From the sequence record MW822008.1: 64,000 bases of DNA. One strand, given 5' to 3'. The notes beneath the pieces were generated by a model. That model searched no databases, was not told the origin of the DNA, and saw nothing but the letters and a program-made list of their open reading frames with translations. A program made the translations under genes and the position numbers. Below are positions 10,228 through 19,964 of this stretch, in pieces. Positions within the stretch are counted from its first letter, which is position 1. Each line of letters starts with the position of its first letter.

Positions 10228-11245
10228 TAAAGCAATTACATTTACTGATATTCATTTAGGATTAAAGAATAACAGCAAGCAGCACAACGAAGATTGTTTG
10301 AACTTCATCAAGTTTATGATTGAACTTGCTAAGAAAAATGGTATTACTGTATGCGTGTTTATGGGAGATTACTTCCATAACCGCAGTAATATTAACATTC
10401 AAACATTAAACTATGGTTTACAAATTCTACAATTACTAAATGACAACTTTGATAAGGTTTACTTCTTAGTTGGGAACCATGACATGTATCATAAAAATAA
10501 ACGTGACATTACTAGTATTAATATGGCACAAGTTTATGAGAACATCGAGTTCATTAATGAAATCACAACATTTGATGATTGTACTTTCATTCCATTTATG
10601 ATTGAAGATGAATACAAAGTTCTACCTCAACTTAAAAGTAAGTATGTTTTTGGTCACTTAGAGTTACCTGGATACTTGCTCAATAAAATGGTTGAGATGC
10701 CAGATCATGGTAAAGAGACTGAAGGTTCTTTTGGTGGTTGTGAGTATGTTTTTAGTGGACATTTCCATAAGAGACAAGCAAAAACAACATCAAAAGGAAC
10801 TCGTGTAATTTACACAGGTAACTGTTTCCCACATAACTTTTCTGATACTTGGGATGATGCAAGAGGTGTGATGATTTTAGAACATGGCAAAGAACCAACT
10901 TTCCATTCTTGGTCAGAAGCACCAAAATATAGAACATTTACACTTTCAGAACTATTAACAGATCCAAGTTATTATCTTCAAGACAATACTATTTCAAAGG
11001 TTCAAGTTGATATTGCTATCACTACTGATGAGATTAGTTTTATTCGTGATACTTTTACTAAACTTTATAACATTCGTGAGTTTAACGTTGTTACTAGCAA
11101 GCAAAGTATCAAAGAACTTATTGAAGATGGTGAAAGCTTTGAAAGTACTGAGTCAGTTGATGAGATTGTGTTACAACAAATCATGGAAATTGATTCACCT
11201 ATGTTCGATAAAAATCTTCTAATCCAAATTTACAGATCACTATAA
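10214..11245 (+). CDS. gp47: Recombination nuclease subunit, gp47/SbcD/Mre11-like
   Basis: FTDIH, GDYFH, VGNHD, GHLE, SGHFH metallophosphoesterase motifs. Confidence 0.92.
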   Translation: MALFDKAITFTDIHLGLKNNSKQHNEDCLNFIKFMIELAKKNGITVCVFMGDYFHNRSNINIQTLNYGLQILQLLNDNFDKVYFLVGNHDMYHKNKRDITSINMAQVYENIEFINEITTFDDCTFIPFMIEDEYKVLPQLKSKYVFGHLELPGYLLNKMVEMPDHGKETEGSFGGCEYVFSGHFHKRQAKTTSKGTRVIYTGNCFPHNFSDTWDDARGVMILEHGKEPTFHSWSEAPKYRTFTLSELLTDPSYYLQDNTISKVQVDIAITTDEISFIRDTFTKLYNIREFNVVTSKQSIKELIEDGESFESTESVDEIVLQQIMEIDSPMFDKNLLIQIYRSL

Positions 11246-11257
11246 GGGAAATTTATT

Positions 11258-13405
11258 GTGCTAAACATTACACGTATATCAATGAGGAACTTCTTTTCAT
11301 TTGGCAATGCACCACAAGTAATTGATTTGTCTGGTGCTGATATATCGTTAGTTCTTGGTCAAAACAATGATGCAGTTATTGAAGGTGGTGATAGTTCCGG
11401 TCGCCGTAATGGTGTTGGTAAAAGTGCCATAATTCAAGGTTTAGTTTTTGGTTTGTTTGGAAAAAGTATTGGTAACGATATCAAAATTCCAAACTTAGTT
11501 AATAAAACTAATGCTAAAAACTGTGAAGTATCTGTTGAGTTCGAGAAAGATGGTGTACAATATCTCGTCGAGCGTGGGAGAAGTCCCACGTATTTCAACT
11601 TTATTACATTAGGTAAAGATAATAAGGTCGAAGATGAGTCAAGAGGGGAGAAGAAAGATACACAAGAAGATCTAAACGAGATTCTTGGGATTTCTCAACT
11701 ACTATTTGAACATATTGTAGTACTTAATGCTAACGTAGAGCCGTTTCTTGCATTATCATCACAGAAACAACGTGATATGATTGAGGAACTTCTGGGTATC
11801 ACACAATTAACAGAGAAAGCTGAACTATTAAAGGATATGTATAAAGATTCTAAACGTTTAGCTGAACAAGAAAAGTTCAAAATTGAAACTGTGGCTGCAA
11901 GTAATGAACGTATTCAAAAAAGTATTGAATCATTACAAGAACAAGCTAACCAATTTGAGATTGATAAAAATAATAGAGTATCTAAGTTGACTGAAGAATT
12001 GAATATCTACAAAACTTTAGACTTCAACGATCTCTATGATTTGGCAGAAGTGAAAGAGAAAGCTCTTATTCATAATGCTGCTCGTGATCAAATAGAAAGA
12101 CGTGTACAAGAGTTAGCTTTGAAGTATGATGCATATGACCGTGAACTGGCAACAGCAAAATTAGCATTAAATGTAAGTATTGATAAGCTAAAAACTATTG
12201 ATATCAGTACTGAATTAGAAAATCACAATGAGTTGGAGATATGGAAACAGTTGGAGGGTATTCTAAAAGAGAATAATAACCAAAAACGTTTCAAAGAACA
12301 AAAACTTAACGCATTAAAGGTGGCGTTAAATGGACATGATAGTTCTTTACGTGCTGAGGTGGACAAATTAGCAACAGTGGAGAGTAGTAAATGTCCACTT
12401 TGTATGTCCGAATTAGAACATAATGAACATACTTCGTCTATTAAAGATAAAATTCAAAATACTATTAATGAACTTCAATCTAAAATTGATAGTTCCACTT
12501 CTGAAATTGAAACATTACTTCAGGAAATTGATAGTATTGAGATTTTTGATATGCCACCTAAGCCTGTGACATTCTATTCTACACTAACTGAAGCACAAAT
12601 GCATGAGCATAAGCTTCAAGAACTTATTAAAAAGAGTGAAGAAGAGCAAATTAACATCTATGCTAATGAACTTATGTCATCATATGAAGAACTGAACGCA
12701 CATGTTCTTCAAGAAGTACCAGATACATTGAATAAATCTGAAGTAAAAGAGTTAGAAATGACTGTAACTTCATTATCACAGCAATTAGATCGTGAATTGA
12801 AAACTACTAACACATTTATTGGACAAATTAATACACTTACGACCGATTCATTAGTACCAATCGACTATAGTGACTATAATAACCTTGATAAGATGGCAAA
12901 TCACCAAGATTTCTTGGTTAAATTGTTGTTAAACAAGGATTCTTATGTCCGTAAGCGTATTATTGAACAAAACATTTCGTATCTGAATACACGTCTTCAA
13001 TATTACATTGATATGTGTGGTTCTGAACATAATGTTGTGTTCTTGAATGATTTGAGTGTAGAAATTGAGAAAAGTGGTCAGTACTTTGACTATAAACAGC
13101 TTAGTCGTGGTGAGCGTACAAGGGTAAACATTGCTTTATCTTGTGCTTTCCGTGATACATATGAGTCATTGTATCAAAGTATCAATATTCTTATCATTGA
13201 TGAGATGATTGACCAAGGTCTTGATTCAAGTGGTGTTCTTCGCGTGTGGTCTATCTTCCAAGATATGGCTGCTGTGCGTGGTAAGAATGTATATGCCATT
13301 TCTCACAGAGAAGAATTGCTTTCTAAGACTGAGAAAATCCTAAAAGTAGTTAAAGAGGATGGTTTCAGTACTGTTGAGTATACAACTCTTGATGATGTAT
13401 TCTAA
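11258..13405 (+). CDS. gp46: Recombination ATPase, gp46/SbcC/Rad50-like
   Basis: Walker A NGVGKS, zinc hook CPLC, signature LSRGE, Walker B IIDE, H-loop ISH. Confidence 0.93.
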   Translation: MLNITRISMRNFFSFGNAPQVIDLSGADISLVLGQNNDAVIEGGDSSGRRNGVGKSAIIQGLVFGLFGKSIGNDIKIPNLVNKTNAKNCEVSVEFEKDGVQYLVERGRSPTYFNFITLGKDNKVEDESRGEKKDTQEDLNEILGISQLLFEHIVVLNANVEPFLALSSQKQRDMIEELLGITQLTEKAELLKDMYKDSKRLAEQEKFKIETVAASNERIQKSIESLQEQANQFEIDKNNRVSKLTEELNIYKTLDFNDLYDLAEVKEKALIHNAARDQIERRVQELALKYDAYDRELATAKLALNVSIDKLKTIDISTELENHNELEIWKQLEGILKENNNQKRFKEQKLNALKVALNGHDSSLRAEVDKLATVESSKCPLCMSELEHNEHTSSIKDKIQNTINELQSKIDSSTSEIETLLQEIDSIEIFDMPPKPVTFYSTLTEAQMHEHKLQELIKKSEEEQINIYANELMSSYEELNAHVLQEVPDTLNKSEVKELEMTVTSLSQQLDRELKTTNTFIGQINTLTTDSLVPIDYSDYNNLDKMANHQDFLVKLLLNKDSYVRKRIIEQNISYLNTRLQYYIDMCGSEHNVVFLNDLSVEIEKSGQYFDYKQLSRGERTRVNIALSCAFRDTYESLYQSINILIIDEMIDQGLDSSGVLRVWSIFQDMAAVRGKNVYAISHREELLSKTEKILKVVKEDGFSTVEYTTLDDVF

Positions 13406-13413
13406 TTAAAAGG

Positions 13414-13439
13414 AAAGGGAGCCTTAGCTCCCTTTTTTT
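13414..13439. terminator. Bidirectional terminator between convergent gp46 and EndoVII-like genes
   Basis: AAAGGGAGC-CTTA-GCTCCCTTTTTTT. Confidence 0.85.
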
Positions 13440-13915
13440 ATATCTACCATATTTAATTTGCCTTCCTTGATAAGCTTTCTGGCTTGCTTAACACGAGCAG
13501 CATTGTTTGCACCAGGGATAACACCTAACTCTTCCAGTATTGCATTCTGTTGTCCTGCTGGGAGCCTTTTAAACTTATTCGTATCGATTGTTAGTGCAGT
13601 GTGATGTATAACTTGCTCATCTTCAGGAATGCTGTTATTACGCTCCAGATAATCCGCAAGATTTCGTAGTACCTCGTATAAGGGTTTATCGGTTAAGTGC
13701 TTCATATAGCGATTAAAGCTGTTCTGTACTTTACCTTCCCATGCGTTCACTTCGTTCTGGAGAACTTCACGACAGTGTTGATTCTCGAAGTGATAGTGAT
13801 CAAGTACTGGCTTAGTTATTGGTTCCTTAATTATAGGATCAATTCCTTTTTGCTTCTTTAGTAATTCATTTCGATAGTTTGCAGCTTCTTTACTATCTTT
13901 TAATCTTTTCTTCAT
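13424..13915 (-). CDS. Endonuclease VII (gp49)-like Holliday junction resolvase
   Basis: VLDHYH...CREVL...NAWEGKV matches EndoVII LDHDH..RGLL..N..EG core; ATAAATA at 13946-13952 (minus). Confidence 0.75.
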   Translation of the reverse strand: MKKRLKDSKEAANYRNELLKKQKGIDPIIKEPITKPVLDHYHFENQHCREVLQNEVNAWEGKVQNSFNRYMKHLTDKPLYEVLRNLADYLERNNSIPEDEQVIHHTALTIDTNKFKRLPAGQQNAILEELGVIPGANNAARVKQARKLIKEGKLNMVDIKKGS

Positions 13916-14008
13916 AAATCCCCACTAAACTAATTCTTATCAAAATATTTATGCGTTACTTCAATGTTCAAGAATTATGTACTTTTTATAAATTTTTTAT
14001 CATAATAG

Positions 14009-14037
14009 TGAGACACTTTTGAATTTGGTGCTATAAT
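14009..14037 (+). promoter_or_regulatory. Phage-specific promoter TGAGACA-N16-TATAAT driving an ORF-less transcript
   Basis: Match to the repeated motif, with extended -10 TG. Confidence 0.8.
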
Positions 14038-14043
14038 GTTAAT

Positions 14044-14499
14044 TGTAGTGATGACAATCCTGTTGAATGCAGAAATGCATATAAATTAGAACCTGATCCT
14101 ATCGAAAATGTAGATGGCAGATGAGCAGTTCAACAGTGCGATGAGCAGAAGAAACCCGTTAGATGTGGGCATAGTTTGAACCCCTCACGGCGACACGGCT
14201 CAATAAAGAACTCCGATAAGCATACAGAGAGTTCCTCGATAGATGTATAAGGATCGCACCTTACCAGATTTGCTAAGGGAGTTTATTAAGTGATTTAATA
14301 AACAGCCTGAAGTTTGATTGTATAGACTTTCAGGTGAGTGTCAGGATGATTAAGACTGACGACCGTTGCACATGACTGCGATAGAGAGAAACAGAGCAAC
14401 CCGCTTTCGTTCTTAATGAATTTTAAGAAATTCGCAATACAATAAATGCTGAAACCATCAGCGTCAAGAATTAAGAGACTTAATTGTCTCTTTTTTATT
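14044..14499 (+). ncRNA. Candidate large structured ncRNA (~450 nt), unclassified
   Basis: Bounded by promoter and terminator, no plus-strand ORF in the track, many helices, GAAA tetraloop, crossing long-range pairings. Confidence 0.65.
14473..14499 (+). terminator. Rho-independent terminator ending the candidate ncRNA
   Basis: AAGAGAC-TTAATT-GTCTCTT followed by TTTTATT. Confidence 0.75.
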
Positions 14500-14502
14500 G
14501 TC

Positions 14503-14701
14503 TTCATTCCCCTGCGGGGGGATGAAAATGTCTTCAACAAATCCCGTCAAGTATTAAATCTTTTAAAGTTCTTTATAATTAATTATAAGAAATGAATATG
14601 AGTTACGTAGTAACGAATATTCTTCAGCTAACGAATGAAATGAGTTAGATGAGTTCACTATAAAATAATTAATTCCTTTCATAATTCAATTCAATCAATT
14701 C
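14503..14701. repeat. AT-rich cluster of inverted repeats between convergent terminators
   Basis: Hairpin 14503-14526, perfect 16-bp palindrome TTATAATTAATTATAA 14573-14588, GTTAC-GTA-GTAAC 14602-14614, TAACGAAT twice. Confidence 0.7.
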
Positions 14702-14715
14702 TGTAGTTTAAAACC

Positions 14716-14741
14716 AAAAAAAACCAGCAACAATGTGCTGG
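14716..14741 (-). terminator. Rho-independent terminator
   Basis: Minus strand CCAGCA-CATTGT-TGCTGG then T8. Confidence 0.85.
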
Positions 14742-14752
14742 CTCCTTGTGAG

Positions 14753-14962
14753 TTAGTGCTTCTCGTTTTGTTTTTTAATTTTCTTATTAAAAGACTTAAC
14801 TAATAAGTCTCTATCAATTAGTGGCATATTAAGTAGTGTTCCGTAATCAACACTTTCCATATAAACAGAACACTCCATTAATGCAGTTTTAATATCTGAC
14901 TTATTCAACTCAAATTCCTTAAGTACTTCTTGTATTTCTTCAGGAGATGAGTGGAGAAGCAT
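14753..14962 (-). CDS. Small hypothetical protein, probable baseplate hub assembly partner
   Basis: Coupled to gp26-like gene (stop/start overlap); MPLIDRDLLVK motif. Confidence 0.6.
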   Translation of the reverse strand: MLLHSSPEEIQEVLKEFELNKSDIKTALMECSVYMESVDYGTLLNMPLIDRDLLVKSFNKKIKKQNEKH

Positions 14963-15798
14963 TATGCGAAAAAATGACTTGGGTCATATTTCAGTCCATT
15001 AATTTCCCATTGATGATTACAGTCACTGCATTCAACTTCCATAGTATGGGAAACACCAATTTCAAGTACTTCATCCATTTTTTCACGAATTATTTTAAGT
15101 GTTCCTTTGGACTGCTGACCTAGCCATTCAGAAATGAATTCATTTTCAGTTACTTCATCACCTTCAGGTGTAATTACCTTAGCAATAACTCCTGCGATCA
15201 TATCAAAGTTGAGTTGTGCCATACTTTCAAATACTTCACCAAACACTTTAACTTTTTCTTCCTGCTCCATTTCGGCAGTTTCAAGGAATTTAGTTTTTTG
15301 TTGTTCTGTAAACATTCTTTCTGCGAAGTTAGAATATTCCTTCCAAGTAAGTGGTCTAAACTCTAAACTTAGTCCATTATCCAATTGTACAGTAGGAACT
15401 TCACTGAAAGTTTGTGCTGTTTCTAGTAGATATGATAAGCTACGCTCAAAACGACCTTCTTTGTTACATTCAGGGCATGTCACATTAATATCATATGATT
15501 CTTCTTTAGAAGCTACTTTAATAGCGATAAGTAGTTGCTCTACGTCATTTACATAAAGTTCATCTGCATCAAGTACGTTAGGTACGCAGTTTTCAATAAC
15601 ACGAGCAATTGCATCACCATTTAGAAGCATATCTGGTGTATTGAGTGTCATTTCATCACGTGCACTACGAGCACAAATGCCACATTTGATACCTTTAGAG
15701 CCAAGAACTCCTTCTTTATAAGGAATCACGCCATTTGTGACCAATTTTGTACCAAGTTCTTCAATTTTAGTATACTTAGCTAGTGGGTTCATTGCCAT
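14962..15798 (-). CDS. Baseplate hub assembly protein, T4 gp26-like
   Basis: SARDEMTLNTPDMLLNGDAI..VIENC, DVEQLLIAIKVAS, CPEC and CSDC; start at 15798 after GGAG; late motif 15834-15840. Confidence 0.75.
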   Translation of the reverse strand: MAMNPLAKYTKIEELGTKLVTNGVIPYKEGVLGSKGIKCGICARSARDEMTLNTPDMLLNGDAIARVIENCVPNVLDADELYVNDVEQLLIAIKVASKEESYDINVTCPECNKEGRFERSLSYLLETAQTFSEVPTVQLDNGLSLEFRPLTWKEYSNFAERMFTEQQKTKFLETAEMEQEEKVKVFGEVFESMAQLNFDMIAGVIAKVITPEGDEVTENEFISEWLGQQSKGTLKIIREKMDEVLEIGVSHTMEVECSDCNHQWEINGLKYDPSHFFA

Positions 15799-15943
15799 TT
15801 TATTAAATCTCCATGTAATAAATGTCTTTGTAGTATTTATTACCAAAAAATGGGACAAATTGGACAAATGTTATAGATGGGTCTTTTTTATTCGTTATAG
15901 ATTCATAAATATTTCTATAATACATCTATTAAAAGGGAATGTT

Positions 15944-18142
15944 ATGGCTGTCAATACAAGTGATTACCTACTACAGCAGTTGGTTAATCAAACTAAAGAT
16001 AACAATGATAGTTTGACTGCTATCCGTGAGTTATTAGCTGAAAATATAAAGAATGATAAGAAAAAATCAGGTTCAAATAGTAAAAAGAATGGTTCCAGTT
16101 CCAGTTCTTCCAGTAATCGTGGAAATCGTGGAAGTGCACAAGCCGATGACGGGAAAGCATTTGGTAAATTGTTCAAATCACTATCTTCTGAAGTTTCTAA
16201 TGTAAGCAAAACAATGATGAACTCCAGTACCAACGTAAGTACTGTAGTAAACTCATTAGGCGTTAGTGCATCATCATTTGCTGGTTCATTAGCAATGATG
16301 CCAGGTCCAATTGGTGCAGCGGCAGCAGCATTTAAACTCGTTACTGGTGCTGGTCTTGCTGTATATAACGCACTTAATGCACAATTGGAAGTATATACCA
16401 GAATTAACAGTGCTGGTGTTGCATTGGCTGAAGGTTATGGTTCAGTACTGAAAGGTGCAGGTGCATCTATGTTGAGTATGGATGCATTCAGTGAAGCTCT
16501 ACAAACACATAGTTCTGTGGTAGCTCAATTGGATGGGGCATATGGTGATGGTGTTGCTACCTTTGGTAAATTATTAGGAACTGTTCAACAAGCTCAAAAT
16601 GAACTTGGCCTTTATGGTATTTCTCAAAAAACATTAACTGATTTAACTGCAAGAAACATTAAGTTCCAAAAACAATATGGTGGTCGTGAAGCTCTTCGTA
16701 GTATGGACCAAGCTAAAAGTACTGAACAATTCATCATGAGCATGACTAAATTCAGTAAAAGCATGGGTGAGTCCGTTGATGCATTACTAAACAAAACACA
16801 AAACCTAGATAAATCACTCGATACGCGTTCTATGCAAATTGCATTGCAGAACTACTCTGGACTATCCAGTAAAGCTGCTGTAGCAACATCTAAGGCGTTC
16901 AACGAAGCTGCGGGTGCAATGGGTGATGCAGGTGCAGATTTCCTCCGTTTGATATCACACAGATTGTCTATTGGTGGCGTACCGGATGACCTACTCACTC
17001 CAGTACTGAACCAGTTCGCTGATTTAGGTGAAAATCTTGTGCGTAGTGGTGTAACTGATTCACAAGAAATTCGTCGCCAACAATTAGAATTCGTTAAAAA
17101 GAATAAAGAATTAATTAAGCAAGATTTGCTTAACCAGATTCAATTAGGAAACACAACTGCTGCAACCTTCTACCAACAACTATTGGATATGGAAGCAACC
17201 GTAAATGAACCTAAAAATAATCCCGCTGATAAATTAACTCAATTTACTAACCGCTTCAATATGTGGATTAGTAAAGAATTCACTGAACCATTTAATACAA
17301 TGTATGCTAATACACAAAATTCAATTGTGGATTATCTTTCAGACATTGCAGACAGAACTGATGGTGCATGGGAGTTTATTGGGGAATTGGCTCTTGATGG
17401 ATTTGGGTTAGTACCTATTGCTAAAGATGCAATTGCTTACCTTGATCGTATTGGTGCTGAATTTACAGCTTGGTTGGATGGATTGGGTGCAGATATATTC
17501 GGTTCAGGTTACTCTAAAGTGTCAGAAGCATTTGATACCTTTATGAATAACTTAATGGATTTACCTGGTAACCTATGGAATTCTGTTAAAAGTTGGTTCG
17601 GTGGTGGTTCTGATAATGATATAAAACTCAATAACAGTACTGAAACCCCAGCAGAAAGCGTAAACAACATCATTGACAACGGTGTAAATAGTGTTAGTGA
17701 TTATTTTGCAGGGATGTGGGATAAGTTCAACAAATGGAACACCGCACGTAACTACAAAGAACCAAAACCACTACCATCTGATTATGCTGACAGTTTATTC
17801 AACCGTCCAGGAGTAGAACGTATTCGTCCTGTTATTGAAAAAACCAATAACGTTGCTCCAGAAATAACTGTATCTCGTAAAGATTTTGATAAAACTGCAT
17901 GGGCACCAGGTGAACCACCAGTTCCACCAAAACCTGACGATACAGAGGCAATTAAGAAGATGATAAATAATGGTAGTGCAGTGACATCGAGAACTGGACC
18001 ACCAGCACCGATTTCTGATGAAATGAAAGAAATACTCAAAAAGCTTGCCGATGTTAATGAACAATCACTATCTGCTGTACAACAGACAAATAATTATCTA
18101 AGAACTATCTCTGAAAACACCCAAGGTGAGAGAAACAGTTAA
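15944..18142 (+). CDS. Tape-measure-like tail protein
   Basis: Long Ala/Gly/Ser-rich helical ORF upstream of portal; ATAAATA at 15905-15911; start moved to 15944. Confidence 0.55.
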   Translation: MAVNTSDYLLQQLVNQTKDNNDSLTAIRELLAENIKNDKKKSGSNSKKNGSSSSSSSNRGNRGSAQADDGKAFGKLFKSLSSEVSNVSKTMMNSSTNVSTVVNSLGVSASSFAGSLAMMPGPIGAAAAAFKLVTGAGLAVYNALNAQLEVYTRINSAGVALAEGYGSVLKGAGASMLSMDAFSEALQTHSSVVAQLDGAYGDGVATFGKLLGTVQQAQNELGLYGISQKTLTDLTARNIKFQKQYGGREALRSMDQAKSTEQFIMSMTKFSKSMGESVDALLNKTQNLDKSLDTRSMQIALQNYSGLSSKAAVATSKAFNEAAGAMGDAGADFLRLISHRLSIGGVPDDLLTPVLNQFADLGENLVRSGVTDSQEIRRQQLEFVKKNKELIKQDLLNQIQLGNTTAATFYQQLLDMEATVNEPKNNPADKLTQFTNRFNMWISKEFTEPFNTMYANTQNSIVDYLSDIADRTDGAWEFIGELALDGFGLVPIAKDAIAYLDRIGAEFTAWLDGLGADIFGSGYSKVSEAFDTFMNNLMDLPGNLWNSVKSWFGGGSDNDIKLNNSTETPAESVNNIIDNGVNSVSDYFAGMWDKFNKWNTARNYKEPKPLPSDYADSLFNRPGVERIRPVIEKTNNVAPEITVSRKDFDKTAWAPGEPPVPPKPDDTEAIKKMINNGSAVTSRTGPPAPISDEMKEILKKLADVNEQSLSAVQQTNNYLRTISENTQGERNS

Positions 18143-18154
18143 GGACGAACAATA

Positions 18155-19891
18155 ATGAGTTGGAAACGACATATGACAATGGGGAGATCGAAGTTATCGG
18201 TTGTCCCTAATCAGTCCAGTAATAGCAACAAATCAACAGGAACGAAAACAAATTTCGCTTCCTATCTTCCAGTAGTATACAATGGTTTAGCTAACCGTAC
18301 TGAACGTTATAGTCAGTATGAACAGATGGACCAAGATCCTGAAATTAGAACAGCACTTAATATCATTGCTGACTTCTGTACACAAAGTACTGAAGATTTT
18401 GGTCTTCCATATAAAATCAAATATAAAGATGATATTGGTGATACAGAAGTAACTACTATTGAAGACCGCTTGGATGCATGGACTGAACAAAATGATTTTA
18501 AAACCAGAATGTATGAAATTGTACGTGGCCTATTAAAATACGGTGACCAATTCTTCATTCGTGACCCAGAAACATTTGACTGGTACTGGGTAAGCCCAAA
18601 AAACGTTGAACAAGTATTCGTTAACGAAGCAACCGGAAAAACCCCTGTAATTTATTATATCCGTGACGTATCTTTGAATCTTAAAGATAAAGTGTTTAGT
18701 AACTTGCAAGTTGGTTTTGACAAAACTGCATATCCTGGTGCAATCCCTACCACATTAGGTGGCGGTGGTTCAGTAGCAGCAGGTGGTGCATCTGGTTTTA
18801 CTAACCAAGGAAACTCTGCTGACCCATTCAGTACTAACGGTCGTCTTGATGTTATTCCAGTTGGTGCAGAACACGTAATTCATCTAACCCTAAATACAGG
18901 ACAAGATGGAGTTTGGCCTTTTGGTACTAGTATACTTGAAGATGTTTTCAAAGTCTATAAACAAAAAGAATTACTTGAAGATAGTATTATTATCTATCGT
19001 GTTCAACGTGCTCCAGAGCGTCGTGTATTTAAAATCGACGTTGGTGATATGCAAACTCACCAAGCAATGGCATACGTAGAACGATTCAAAAATGAAATTC
19101 ACCAAAGACGTATCCCTTCAAATAAAGGTGGCAGTACTTCTCTAATGGATGCAGCATATAATCCATTAAGTATTCTAGAAGATTACTTCTTCCCACAAAC
19201 TTCTGAAGGTCGTGGTTCAGATGTACAAACACTTCCTGGTGGTGATAACTTAGGTCAGATTGATGACTTGCGTTACTTCAACAATAAATTGATTCGTGGA
19301 TTGCAAATTCCAGCTTCATATCTACCGCAAGGTCCAGATGATGGTGGTGTATCACTATTTGGTGATGGTGCAACACAAGCAATGGCAAGTGAATTACGTT
19401 TTAATAACCAATGTATGCGTTATCAACGTTTGGTTGCAAAACTATTTGATGCAGAATTTAAACGTTTTATGGTTAAAAATGGATATAACATTAGTACTTC
19501 ATCTTTTGAAGTAATTATGAATCCACCTATTAACTTGGCTTCTTATCGTAAAGCGGAACTAGATGCTAAACTAATTAACACCTATCTCCCACTTAACGAT
19601 CTGCCATATATGGCAAAACAAACTATTCTTGAAAAAATGGGCTTCTCTAAAGCTGATATTGTTAAGAATGAGCAAATGTGGCTCCAAGAAAATCCACAAG
19701 ATGGTTCTGCTCCGTCAAGTGGTGAAGAAGATGCTGCTGGGTTGCAATCTGTTGGTATAGATGCTCCTAACGATCCTGGTATGGATTTGGGTGTTGATGG
19801 TGACGGTAACTTAGAAAGTGCCGATGCTGAATACCAAGAACAACAAGGAAGTGCAGGTTTTAACCCGAATAATTTAGGCGATTCTTTTTAA
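18155..19891 (+). CDS. gp20: Portal protein, T4 gp20-like
   Basis: LLEDSIIIYRVQRAPERRVFKIDVG, EDYFFP, TLPGGDNLGQIDDLRYF. Confidence 0.95.
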   Translation: MSWKRHMTMGRSKLSVVPNQSSNSNKSTGTKTNFASYLPVVYNGLANRTERYSQYEQMDQDPEIRTALNIIADFCTQSTEDFGLPYKIKYKDDIGDTEVTTIEDRLDAWTEQNDFKTRMYEIVRGLLKYGDQFFIRDPETFDWYWVSPKNVEQVFVNEATGKTPVIYYIRDVSLNLKDKVFSNLQVGFDKTAYPGAIPTTLGGGGSVAAGGASGFTNQGNSADPFSTNGRLDVIPVGAEHVIHLTLNTGQDGVWPFGTSILEDVFKVYKQKELLEDSIIIYRVQRAPERRVFKIDVGDMQTHQAMAYVERFKNEIHQRRIPSNKGGSTSLMDAAYNPLSILEDYFFPQTSEGRGSDVQTLPGGDNLGQIDDLRYFNNKLIRGLQIPASYLPQGPDDGGVSLFGDGATQAMASELRFNNQCMRYQRLVAKLFDAEFKRFMVKNGYNISTSSFEVIMNPPINLASYRKAELDAKLINTYLPLNDLPYMAKQTILEKMGFSKADIVKNEQMWLQENPQDGSAPSSGEEDAAGLQSVGIDAPNDPGMDLGVDGDGNLESADAEYQEQQGSAGFNPNNLGDSF

Positions 19892-19964
19892 TCATAAATA
19901 ACAATGTATAAGAATGAGGGTACATTAGTTTCCCTCATTATAATGCATATTCAAAGGAGATGAA

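Noticed and set aside
14044-14499. Assignment of the candidate RNA as tRNA cluster, tmRNA, RNase P or group I intron
   Set aside because: No TTCGA T-loop/CCA end, no GAGGAAAGUCC/P4 pair, no convincing P7 (GACUA/UAGUC) pair, and no interrupted host gene; left unclassified.
14295-14540. 81-aa minus-strand ORF across the non-coding island
   Set aside because: No RBS, atypical composition, and it runs antisense through hairpins and a terminator.
15851-15880. Eleventh copy of the TGGGACA promoter
   Set aside because: No TATAAT at the 16-nt spacing; likewise for TGGGACA at 59571.
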